DNA of 64,000 nucleotides from an archaeon (GTDB lineage Archaea; Asgardarchaeota; Thorarchaeia; Thorarchaeales; Thorarchaeaceae). The notes under the pieces are model-generated. The model had not been told where the DNA came from. It searched no databases and saw only the letters and a list, made by a program, of their open reading frames with translations. Below, in pieces: positions 19,210 through 27,458 of this stretch. The first letter of the stretch is position 1; every line of letters begins with the position of its first letter. The stretch spans positions 25,823-89,822 of the forward strand of contig JAJRWI010000044.1 in assembly GCA_024276825.1 (NCBI GenBank). Reading direction: 5' to 3'. The translations under genes and the position numbers were made by a program.

Positions 19210-21981
19210 ATGACCAGAATTGATAGAATAAAAAGATCCACAATCAGGTTCTTAAAACAGGTGTTTCATAAACCAAAGGCAAAGATCTCTAGAGGATCAA
19301 TCCTGCTGTCAATTGCATTATGCCTCATCTTTTTTGCGGCACTTCTCCTACGAATATACCCCCTAATGGACTCGCAACCACTCGTCAGGGCCTTTGACCC
19401 TTGGTTTCAACTGAAGGTGTCGCAATTCATTGCCGAGAATGGTTTTGGAGCATTCTTCAACTGGTATGACACGACAACTTGGGTTCCTTTTGGTAGAGAT
19501 ATCACCAGTACCACTTACATTGGAGTACCTTTTACAACAGCTTTCTTCTACTTCTTACTTAACAACTTGGGAATTCATGTTGATATCCTGACAGTTGCTC
19601 TGGTGCTTCCTGCATTCATGGGTGCTCTTACAACATTGATGGCCTTCTTCTTGGGCCGTGAGTTGCACAACAACACTGTGGGCCTCCTGAGTGCAGTCTT
19701 TCTGGCTTTTATGCCCGCCTTCATCCAGAGGTCAATTGCAGGGTTTTATGACAATGAGTTCATCGGGGTCTTTGCAATCACCCTCACGATATTCCTATTC
19801 ACAAGGAGCATAAAGCGCGACTCGACCTTTTCTGCTGTCGCCGCTGGACTCTCTCTTGCATACCTTACGGGATCATGGGGTGCAGCAGATTTTGTGACAG
19901 ACCTCTTTGCAATGTATGCCTTTTTCATGCTTGTATTTGGTCGCTATAGCAAGAGGCTACTCTCCTCTTACCTTATCACAATCTCTCTTGGCCTCTTTCT
20001 GGGAGGCTTGGTTCCACGAAATGGTTTTGACGATCTGACCTCATTCCAACTACTTGTGCCAATTGGTGTGGGCATCCTACTTGCAGGCTTTGAGGTTTGG
20101 AACAGACTTGGCGGCTACAGAGAAGCAACTGCCAAGGCACTTACTCCCTATTCACGCCCACTTATGCTGGGGATAATCACACCAATCATTGGGGCCGCTG
20201 GCTATTTCATCTATGCTGGTGGGGCAGACCTTGACATCTCCACCGCTAACAGTAATCCCATCCTCAATATAGGTGGAAAGTTCCTCACGGTAATTAACCC
20301 ATTCTATAGATTGGATCAACGTATTTTTGCATCAGTTGCAGAACACTTGCCGAGCCCCTGGTCAAGTTTCTATAACACTCTTCTCATCCTGATATTCTTC
20401 TTCCCACTAGGAATGTATTTTCTGTTCAAACGTGGTCGGGATGAGGACTGGCTGATCCTCCTCTATGGAGTCACTGCTGTCTATTTCACAGGCAGCATGA
20501 TTCGTCTGAGTCTTATCCTTGCACCTGCTGTTGCAGTACTCTCTGCAATGGCTGTTAATGGAATGCTCATGCCATTTGCCAAAGTGGCAACTCAAAAGTC
20601 TGTGTTTGAACGACGAAGATTTAGACTGAGTTCGTCACTCACATCAGAACACACGATCATTGCTTTCGGGTTTGTCGGACTGCTCTTGTCTGTTAATCTA
20701 TTGCTTGGCGTTTCATACACAACCGTGCAGATAGGCAATCCCGAATTTGCTAGGGCAAACCTCTCAGATCAAACGCAATGGACAGATTGGCAGACTGCAA
20801 TGACTTACATGAGGAATGTCTTACCAGACGATGCAATCATTGCTAGCTGGTGGGACTATGGCTATTGGATAAATAGTGCTGCTGGAAAGAAGACGATAGT
20901 TGATAATGCAACATTCAATAGCACGCAAATAGCATTAATGGGCTATGCACTGATGTCGACATCGTTGACAGAATCTCTGAAGACATTCAAAAGATGGAAC
21001 GCCACGCATGTGCTTGTCTTTTGGGGCCATAAGGTGAATCAAATCGGTGGCGATGAAGGAAAGTGGCCATGGATGGTCAGAATTGCTGAGGACAAGCTTG
21101 GAAGTAATGTCATTGATGATAAGACCTACCTTGGTGATGATCCTTCAACTCCCGATGTTGAAGAAACCGAGTACACACTTGATCCATTCTTCCAGTCCAC
21201 ACTCTACAAACTCCTGCTCTATGGAGAACCACATGATCAGAATGAGGCTGAAGAGATGCAACTGTCTCAGAACCGCATCTATTGGGACACTTATCAGACT
21301 GGATACATGTCTGGCGATCCTCGTTGGACTCAGAACATCCCTTCAGACCTTCATGGTGCATTTGATCTATCATTCATCAGCTACTCATTCGGCTTTGTGA
21401 AGATTTATGAGATTGACTACACTATGTACTATCAATATCTGAACCAGACTCGTGCTGACTGGGCCCTCGAGAAGGACATTGGTCTAGCCGACATCTCCTT
21501 GGATGGTAGTCTATCTAATGCCGAACGAAACTTTCCAAGCTACAATGTGGTCTTTGGTGGTGGTTATGAGGCAACCGTGTATTCTCAGGCCAATTCAACC
21601 CACCTATATCTGGGTGTTGACATGGCCAACTACTCGGTGAATGATGACGCCTTTGGAATTCAGATATCTCCCCTTGACTCACCATTAGACTCCGACATAC
21701 GTGTTGTGAATTATGATGGTCATGATGCCTTTGATGGACACATTGACTTCAATGGCAATTGGAAGGAGGACTCGACTGGCACAAACTCCACCGAGTTTGC
21801 TAAGGGCGACGGCGTAATCGAGTTCATCATTCCATTGAATTCTCATGACCCACAGGACCTCACCATGAAACCCGGAATGAATTATCAGATTCGATTCATG
21901 TGGTGGGACAATGTCAATAAAGGCGAACCGACCTTTGCAGCTGATTGGGTCGAATTCTGGGTCCCGATAGACCTGTATTAG
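19210..21981 (+). CDS. aglB: Oligosaccharyltransferase catalytic subunit STT3/AglB with extra C-terminal beta-sandwich
   Basis: FDPWF, YDNE, SVAEH, WWDYG, DNAT, DEGKWPWMVRIA; multi-TM N-terminal half; extra ~180 aa C-terminal domain. Confidence 0.96.
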   Translation: MTRIDRIKRSTIRFLKQVFHKPKAKISRGSILLSIALCLIFFAALLLRIYPLMDSQPLVRAFDPWFQLKVSQFIAENGFGAFFNWYDTTTWVPFGRDITSTTYIGVPFTTAFFYFLLNNLGIHVDILTVALVLPAFMGALTTLMAFFLGRELHNNTVGLLSAVFLAFMPAFIQRSIAGFYDNEFIGVFAITLTIFLFTRSIKRDSTFSAVAAGLSLAYLTGSWGAADFVTDLFAMYAFFMLVFGRYSKRLLSSYLITISLGLFLGGLVPRNGFDDLTSFQLLVPIGVGILLAGFEVWNRLGGYREATAKALTPYSRPLMLGIITPIIGAAGYFIYAGGADLDISTANSNPILNIGGKFLTVINPFYRLDQRIFASVAEHLPSPWSSFYNTLLILIFFFPLGMYFLFKRGRDEDWLILLYGVTAVYFTGSMIRLSLILAPAVAVLSAMAVNGMLMPFAKVATQKSVFERRRFRLSSSLTSEHTIIAFGFVGLLLSVNLLLGVSYTTVQIGNPEFARANLSDQTQWTDWQTAMTYMRNVLPDDAIIASWWDYGYWINSAAGKKTIVDNATFNSTQIALMGYALMSTSLTESLKTFKRWNATHVLVFWGHKVNQIGGDEGKWPWMVRIAEDKLGSNVIDDKTYLGDDPSTPDVEETEYTLDPFFQSTLYKLLLYGEPHDQNEAEEMQLSQNRIYWDTYQTGYMSGDPRWTQNIPSDLHGAFDLSFISYSFGFVKIYEIDYTMYYQYLNQTRADWALEKDIGLADISLDGSLSNAERNFPSYNVVFGGGYEATVYSQANSTHLYLGVDMANYSVNDDAFGIQISPLDSPLDSDIRVVNYDGHDAFDGHIDFNGNWKEDSTGTNSTEFAKGDGVIEFIIPLNSHDPQDLTMKPGMNYQIRFMWWDNVNKGEPTFAADWVEFWVPIDLY

Positions 21982-22010
21982 AAACAACAACTCTGCTCAG
22001 CTGGCACTAA

Positions 22011-22196
22011 CTACAGCAGTGCTGCTGAGCGAACTTTTCTCTTTGCTCTCCTTCTATACTCGCCATACTTGTCTGCTGGAGAGTACTTTGGGGGTTTTGG
22101 GTCTTTAACAGCCTCTCCGCATTTCGGGCAGCGTGCATCATCAAGAGTATAATTATTACAATGCACGCACTTGTACATACGAGTCATTATGATCAC
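22011..22196 (-). CDS. nop10: H/ACA RNP protein Nop10
   Basis: KCxxC..YTL...CPKCG...PPKYSPADKYGEYRR; conserved position after aIF2a. Confidence 0.95.
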   Translation of the reverse strand: MIIMTRMYKCVHCNNYTLDDARCPKCGEAVKDPKPPKYSPADKYGEYRRRAKRKVRSAALL

Positions 22197-22990
22197 TACT
22201 TGCGATTGAAACTGAACGTGCCATTTGCACCCTCAACAATCTTAGAAATGGCTGATGTCATCTTTGATAGTACCTCTTCTGCCTCTTTATAGTCTGGGCT
22301 GACAATCCTCAATTTGTATCTGGGTGAACCAAGTGTGTAAATCTCCACAGTTGATCCCTTAAACTTGGAGCCCACTTCCAGTCCTTTAAGGAGTGCCTTT
22401 TTGATTACCTCCACACCTTCGGGTCCGGGCACTTGTATAGACATCTCACCATCTATCTCGACGGAAGGTATCTCTATTCTGGCCTTTGCGAGTTCCGCAA
22501 TCTGCTTCTTCAATGTCTTGTCTGCTTCAATCTCCTCAAAGGCCTTTTCACCAATCTCTGCAGCCTTCTCCAGCCCACGATAGATCTCTCCATAATAGTC
22601 CTCTATTGGCCAACCTATTCGCTCATAAATCTCCTCAATCGTCATCCCATTCTCTTTAGCCACCAGCTCTAGCAACTTCTCGGCCTTCTGTGCCCTCTTC
22701 CACTCATTGTTCTTGGCTCGCTTTGCCTCTGATGACACCCTTCTCAACGAGCAGTCGATGTGGTGTCTCGGAATGTCTACATTCAGGACCTTCACAACTA
22801 CTCTCTGTTTCTCGTGGATATGATTCCTGATGTTCCTGACCCACGTGCTGCTTATTTCAGACACATGAATGAACCCCTCCTTATCACCATACTCGGGCAG
22901 TATCACATATGCACCATAGTTGGTGACTTTCGTTGCTACAGCTATCACATATTCATCAGGTTGGGGCCATTCTGCACGCTTCAGGACCAT
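22196..22990 (-). CDS. eif2a: Translation initiation factor 2 alpha subunit
   Basis: S1 domain (YGAYV..EGFIHVSEISSTWVRNIR), GSPRY; conserved L44e-S27e-aIF2a-Nop10 order. Confidence 0.97.
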   Translation of the reverse strand: MVLKRAEWPQPDEYVIAVATKVTNYGAYVILPEYGDKEGFIHVSEISSTWVRNIRNHIHEKQRVVVKVLNVDIPRHHIDCSLRRVSSEAKRAKNNEWKRAQKAEKLLELVAKENGMTIEEIYERIGWPIEDYYGEIYRGLEKAAEIGEKAFEEIEADKTLKKQIAELAKARIEIPSVEIDGEMSIQVPGPEGVEVIKKALLKGLEVGSKFKGSTVEIYTLGSPRYKLRIVSPDYKEAEEVLSKMTSAISKIVEGANGTFSFNRK

Positions 22991-23024
22991 CCTAGATCAT
23001 CTCCTTTCCTCTCACTCGTGCAGT

Positions 23025-23225
23025 CTATGTGAGAATCTCGACTTCTCTCGCTATGGGTTCAAGTTTCACTCTTCCACCTACTGGCTTTGCAAGCACTTTA
23101 CCACATTTCAGACACTTGACCTCCGTCGTGGCATGCCCAAAAATGACCTGCTCGTTCTCACACTCTAGACACTTCACTCTTATGAATCGTGACTTTGGCT
23201 GCTGCACTATCTCTTTCCTAGCCAA
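23025..23225 (-). CDS. rps27e: Ribosomal protein S27e
   Basis: PKSRFIRVKCLECENEQVIF..CLKCG..LAKPVGG. Likely start is TTG 23225 with an upstream GCGGTGA SD-like sequence. Confidence 0.95.
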   Translation of the reverse strand: MARKEIVQQPKSRFIRVKCLECENEQVIFGHATTEVKCLKCGKVLAKPVGGRVKLEPIAREVEILT

Positions 23226-23340
23226 TCTTATCACCGCTGAAATCATTATCGCCACTGCCTCTCTGGCAGAGAAAAGGACTCCTATGGGTCTTATTATCGT
23301 CGTGTTTGTGTCATATTATAACTCTATCGACACGTATAAT

Positions 23341-23367
23341 AAAAAACAACTCTTCCGAAGATCAGAG
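23341..23367 (-). terminator. Putative terminator after rpl44e
   Basis: Minus strand reads CTCTGATC-TTCG-GAAGAG (imperfect hairpin) followed by TTGTTTTTT. Confidence 0.45.
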
Positions 23368-23389
23368 GTACAGAATTCTCTAGTACAAT

Positions 23390-23668
23390 TTACTTCTGTA
23401 TTTCTACTTTCTTAACCCTCATTCCTTTCGACTGAATGATATAGCCACAGTCTTTGCATTTGAACTTCAACACGGTCTTCTTGGTGGTCTTGGCAAACCT
23501 CTTCTGGATTGGCTTTGGAAATGATCCATACCCCTTGGTCTTACGTGTCATCCTCCGTTTACCCTCTGCCATGGATCTGTCCTTACCCTTTTTGTATATT
23601 GATACAGTGTGCTCTGTATATGCCCTGCATCGTGGACAGTACCTGTTTATTGTTCCTCTCATCTTCAT
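23390..23668 (-). CDS. rpl44e: Ribosomal protein L44e
   Basis: YCPRC..TEHTV, KGYGSFPKP, KTTKK..LKFKCKDCG. Confidence 0.96.
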   Translation of the reverse strand: MKMRGTINRYCPRCRAYTEHTVSIYKKGKDRSMAEGKRRMTRKTKGYGSFPKPIQKRFAKTTKKTVLKFKCKDCGYIIQSKGMRVKKVEIQK

Positions 23669-23736
23669 TCTTTTCGACCACCAACTTGTGCCGCTTTCCT
23701 CTCTGTTCCATTTATAATTCTTGAGGATTGACGGTC

Positions 23737-23934
23737 CTATATTAGCCCTAATTGCCTCGATATATGCGCCGCCACTACTGCCACTATCAGTATGGCCGCT
23801 ATAATCATCACTAGCGTGGGCCCAACCTTGATGCCAGGCGTCTCATCCTCGAAGAAGCGTATGAGGCCAGCTCCACCTGAGGGCATTGGTCCTTCACCCT
23901 TCTTCTTTCTGCGCTTTTTAGCAGTCTTTGGCAT
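23737..23934 (-). CDS. sec61b: Preprotein translocase subunit Sec61beta
   Basis: Basic N-terminus, GAGLIRFFEDETPGIKVGP, single C-terminal TM helix. Confidence 0.93.
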   Translation of the reverse strand: MPKTAKKRRKKKGEGPMPSGGAGLIRFFEDETPGIKVGPTLVMIIAAILIVAVVAAHISRQLGLI

Positions 23935-24051
23935 AGGGAGTTCACCAGAGGTGAAGTTGAGGTGATGGCTTTTAATCCTTTTGACAGGTCAAATAAAGAA
24001 GTCGCAAGATTCAGAAGGATACATGTAGTCACTAATTGGAAGCGCGAGGTC

Positions 24052-25416
24052 ATGAGAAGTAAGGCAGAATCTAGGCTGAGTGGGCTGGCAGTGATAATGT
24101 TAGTGAGCACCATGCTTATCACACAATGGGCCATTGGTAGTGGTGTGCCACCAGGCTTTTTGAAACCACCGCGAATCGCAGTGTTTCGTGGTGATACTGA
24201 CTATGCATTATTATTGTCCTGGGACGATGGAATCAACGATGAGGTCCTGGCATATATCGAGGAGGAGTTTGGGGCGCATCACACCTCCTTTGTTGTGACC
24301 TCACAGATTGATGAAAGGCAGTTATGGGGCCTGGACCTCCTCTTCCGAGGACATGATATTCAGTCGCACTCGCATAAGCATATCTATCACGCTTTGCTTA
24401 ACAGGAGCTATTGTGAGTGGCTATACTTGAGGAGTGTTGAGAAGATCAGGTCCAAGTTTGGCTACGACGCAATTCTAATGGCCTATCCATATGGGTCTTA
24501 TGGCTACACTTCCTCGCGAGTGGCGATGGAATACTTTAATGTCGCACGTGGAGTGAATCCGGAGAAGCCGCAGATGCTGGGCACATGGCCGATTCCCGCT
24601 GATGAAGTGAGAGGTTGCAAGCAGTCCTTTCCTCTTGTCAGCGGCCTATCCGGGAACACCACAGAATGGCTCCAGTCATCATTCACGAGTATGACTAAGT
24701 TGGGAGTGTATCGGGCGTTCAAGTGCTATGGTCATGCAGCGTTGTTCAATGGCAGTGAAATTAGGAGGTTTAGTGAGGTCTTGGCAGAAATTGCTGGACG
24801 CGGCGATACATGGATTACAAGTTGGGGGGAGGCGGTGGCATATAGCATAGAGCGGGAGCGGACACAAATTGAACACTATTCACTTGGCATCAGCCGACTG
24901 ACCTTCATACTGGTTGCGGACTTCAACATCACGCGATTTTCAGTCCCATTGACATTTGTTGTGGAGGTGCCACTTGGCTGGACTACTCCCACAGTGCTCG
25001 ACGAAGGGAGAATACTATCAAGCCAACTGAAGAGCAGTCCTGACGGTCGAAGATATGTGGTCTTTGATACACTGCCGCAGAATCAGCAAATTGTGATTAC
25101 GGCCAATGTTTTGATGGACACAGCCCCACCTGAAGTGTCCAATCTGCGCATGATGTTGAGTGATGAGGGAGTCTGTTTCATGCTTGACATAACCGATATG
25201 AGTGGAGTGGTGACTGATGTCAACATAACGATTACAACAGAACTAACCGTTTACTCTTTCAAGAACGTGCAGAATCCCGTCTTCTGGAACAATGCCACCT
25301 ACGGCTGTGTGGTGTTCGGTCTTAAAACTGGAAGTTGCATCATGGAGGTTTCTGCAGTCGATAGTTCTGGGAACTCCATGAACTTGGTCTATGAGATATT
25401 AATTCATCCCCAATGA
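24052..25416 (+). CDS. Secreted/membrane-anchored polysaccharide deacetylase (NodB/CE4-like) with C-terminal Ig-like domain
   Basis: N-terminal hydrophobic segment, LSWDDG, HSHKH, YPYG, WITSWGE..Y; DTAPP...AVDSSGN beta-sandwich. ATG 24052 follows GAGGT. Confidence 0.78.
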   Translation: MRSKAESRLSGLAVIMLVSTMLITQWAIGSGVPPGFLKPPRIAVFRGDTDYALLLSWDDGINDEVLAYIEEEFGAHHTSFVVTSQIDERQLWGLDLLFRGHDIQSHSHKHIYHALLNRSYCEWLYLRSVEKIRSKFGYDAILMAYPYGSYGYTSSRVAMEYFNVARGVNPEKPQMLGTWPIPADEVRGCKQSFPLVSGLSGNTTEWLQSSFTSMTKLGVYRAFKCYGHAALFNGSEIRRFSEVLAEIAGRGDTWITSWGEAVAYSIERERTQIEHYSLGISRLTFILVADFNITRFSVPLTFVVEVPLGWTTPTVLDEGRILSSQLKSSPDGRRYVVFDTLPQNQQIVITANVLMDTAPPEVSNLRMMLSDEGVCFMLDITDMSGVVTDVNITITTELTVYSFKNVQNPVFWNNATYGCVVFGLKTGSCIMEVSAVDSSGNSMNLVYEILIHPQ

Positions 25417-25719
25417 TTAAGGTTCATCAGTGCACTCACAAGGGCTTTTTCCACATCTAGAGCAGACATAATTGTACTTGTTAAGTAATGCCTGTGCAAG
25501 ATCGATGTTGAGAAGGTTGGCAATGGAAATTACCCATGCAAAGAGGTCTCCGAGCTCCCTCTCAACATCTTCTTGCGATCTATTCTGCATGATGGCATCG
25601 CTGAGTTCTGCAAGTTCCTGAAATGTCCTCAACAGGGTGCGACCTACTCCGCGTTCCTTGTCGCGCTCGTAGTAAATCCTATGAATCATCTCTTGTGCTT
25701 CTCGGATATCCATTTTCAT
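25417..25719 (-). CDS. MazG-like nucleotide pyrophosphohydrolase
   Basis: ELAEL...ELGDLFAW..IANL..IDL and a C-terminal CSRCGKSPCEC. The first acidic motif reads QE rather than EE. Confidence 0.85.
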   Translation of the reverse strand: MKMDIREAQEMIHRIYYERDKERGVGRTLLRTFQELAELSDAIMQNRSQEDVERELGDLFAWVISIANLLNIDLAQALLNKYNYVCSRCGKSPCECTDEP

Positions 25720-25742
25720 CCCTGCTGAGTGTTATTCATGAT

Positions 25743-27080
25743 TTATAGGAATCTCAGGTGCTTGTAGGCTGGAGTCTTAGTATCAAAGGCAAACTGTACT
25801 TTCTGATACTCCTTTCTAAACTCTGCAACGTCTTCGGCCACCTTCACGACACTCTCACCTTTCATGACGACTCTATGCATGAACTCTGCAATCGCATCCA
25901 TCTCTGGCTCCCTCATCCCAAGTCGAGTCATTTCACTGGTACCAAGTCTAATGCCACCGGGAGTCTTATAATCACGTCCCATCTTTTTATCCCATGGAAG
26001 CAGATTTCTATTGATGATGATATTGGCTCTCTCAAGTTGTTCTTCCACAATACGACCGTTCTTCATCGGAGTTTCTGAGATGTCCACAAGAACAACATGC
26101 GACTCTGTAAAGCCCTTGTGTTCGGCAATCACCTTCCAACCGCGATCATAGAGGGCCTGAGCGAGTGCTTTGGCATTTTTGATGATTTGTTCTGAGTAAT
26201 CCTTTCCAAATTCCATCATCTCCGCAAGGACCACAGCAAGACCTGCAACATTATGCAAGTGATGATTACTCATCATACCGGGAAATGCAGCCCGCTTCAC
26301 TGCCTCTGAAAGTTCCTCCCTTGCAAGGACAATACCGTGTTGTGGACCTGGCATAGTCTTATGAGTGGAGGCAGTCATGATGTCTGCTCCCTCCCTAAGT
26401 GGGTCTTGAAATCTACCTGCGGCGATAAGTCCCGAAACATGTGCTGAATCATATCCAATGCGCATTCCATACTCATCTGCGATATCCCTGAACTCTTTCA
26501 CAGGATGCGGGAACGGGAATACACTGCCACCAAATAGCAGGAGCTTTATCTCTTGCCCCCCTTCTTGCAGTTTTCTTATCTCTTTGATACTAGCATCTAC
26601 ATCGATATTGAATTCCTTCTCGTCAAAGACCCAATTGCGCACCTTGTGCCCCCTGACTGCACCTGCGGTTCCACCAAGATTTCTTCGTGCATGAGAAATA
26701 TGACCACCATGAGCAATTGATAATGCCATCATCCTATCGCCAGGGGCCATTGTTGCAGTGTACATCATCAGGTTGGCAACAACTCCCGAAACTGGCCTTA
26801 CATCTGCGAACTCGGCGTTATAGAGCTTCTTAGCAAGGTCAATACAAATCAGTTCTACTTCATCGATATACTTGCACCCGGCATATACTCTCTCACCAGG
26901 CCAGCCCTCTGCATAGCGGTCTCTGAAATCACATACTATTGCTGATCTCACCGCGGGTGAAGAAATGTTCTCGGATGCAATGAGATTAATCGTCTTACTC
27001 ATCCAATTATCGTGCTTTTCAATAAGATCAAATACTGTGTCATACAACTTCTTGTGTTCACTCAAATGATGACCTCCCAA
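25743..27080 (-). CDS. glyA: Serine hydroxymethyltransferase
   Basis: LIASEN, YAEG, GGHISH, YDSAHV, STHKT (PLP Lys), GIRLGT. Confidence 0.97.
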   Translation of the reverse strand: MGGHHLSEHKKLYDTVFDLIEKHDNWMSKTINLIASENISSPAVRSAIVCDFRDRYAEGWPGERVYAGCKYIDEVELICIDLAKKLYNAEFADVRPVSGVVANLMMYTATMAPGDRMMALSIAHGGHISHARRNLGGTAGAVRGHKVRNWVFDEKEFNIDVDASIKEIRKLQEGGQEIKLLLFGGSVFPFPHPVKEFRDIADEYGMRIGYDSAHVSGLIAAGRFQDPLREGADIMTASTHKTMPGPQHGIVLAREELSEAVKRAAFPGMMSNHHLHNVAGLAVVLAEMMEFGKDYSEQIIKNAKALAQALYDRGWKVIAEHKGFTESHVVLVDISETPMKNGRIVEEQLERANIIINRNLLPWDKKMGRDYKTPGGIRLGTSEMTRLGMREPEMDAIAEFMHRVVMKGESVVKVAEDVAEFRKEYQKVQFAFDTKTPAYKHLRFL

Positions 27081-27178
27081 GCCATGAGGATGTGTGCGCT
27101 GAGGTCCAACTTCGTTATATCACTTGCGACAGGGCTGCAATCAGTCTGAATGTGGTTTAATACACTAACAGAAGAAGA

Positions 27179-27314
27179 TGGCGGGCCAGGTGGGACTCGA
27201 ATTCGTGTTGTGTTTCGTAGTGAAACCCAATCCCACGACCAACAAGTCTCTCCAATCCCAGCAAAATACTGGAGATTTAAGAGCCTGTCGCTATACCGAC
27301 TTAGCCACTGGCCC
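27179..27314 (-). tRNA. tRNA-Lys(CTT) with two introns (37/38: 27248-27277; 53/54: 27202-27231), CCA encoded
   Basis: Minus strand: GGGCCAG acceptor, D arm, ACAGG-CTCTTA^A-CTTGT, GTGGG^TTCGAGT-CCCAC, CTGGCCC-G-CCA after removing two 30-nt inserts that each fold as a BHB-like motif. Confidence 0.9.
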
Positions 27315-27458
27315 ACGATTCAATGTCTTTTCAGATTGAGTTTATAGATGTTGCGATACTGCATCCACCTCTTACCACCAAGAATAAGATTAGGAGGCTA
27401 TTTATGGTGCGATGATATATATCTCTAGACCATTGGAAGCAGTATAAGAGGTGTTCTG

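Noticed and set aside
27062-27347. Short ORFs 27062-27316(-) and 27150-27347(+)
   Set aside because: They overlap the two-intron tRNA-Lys; spurious.
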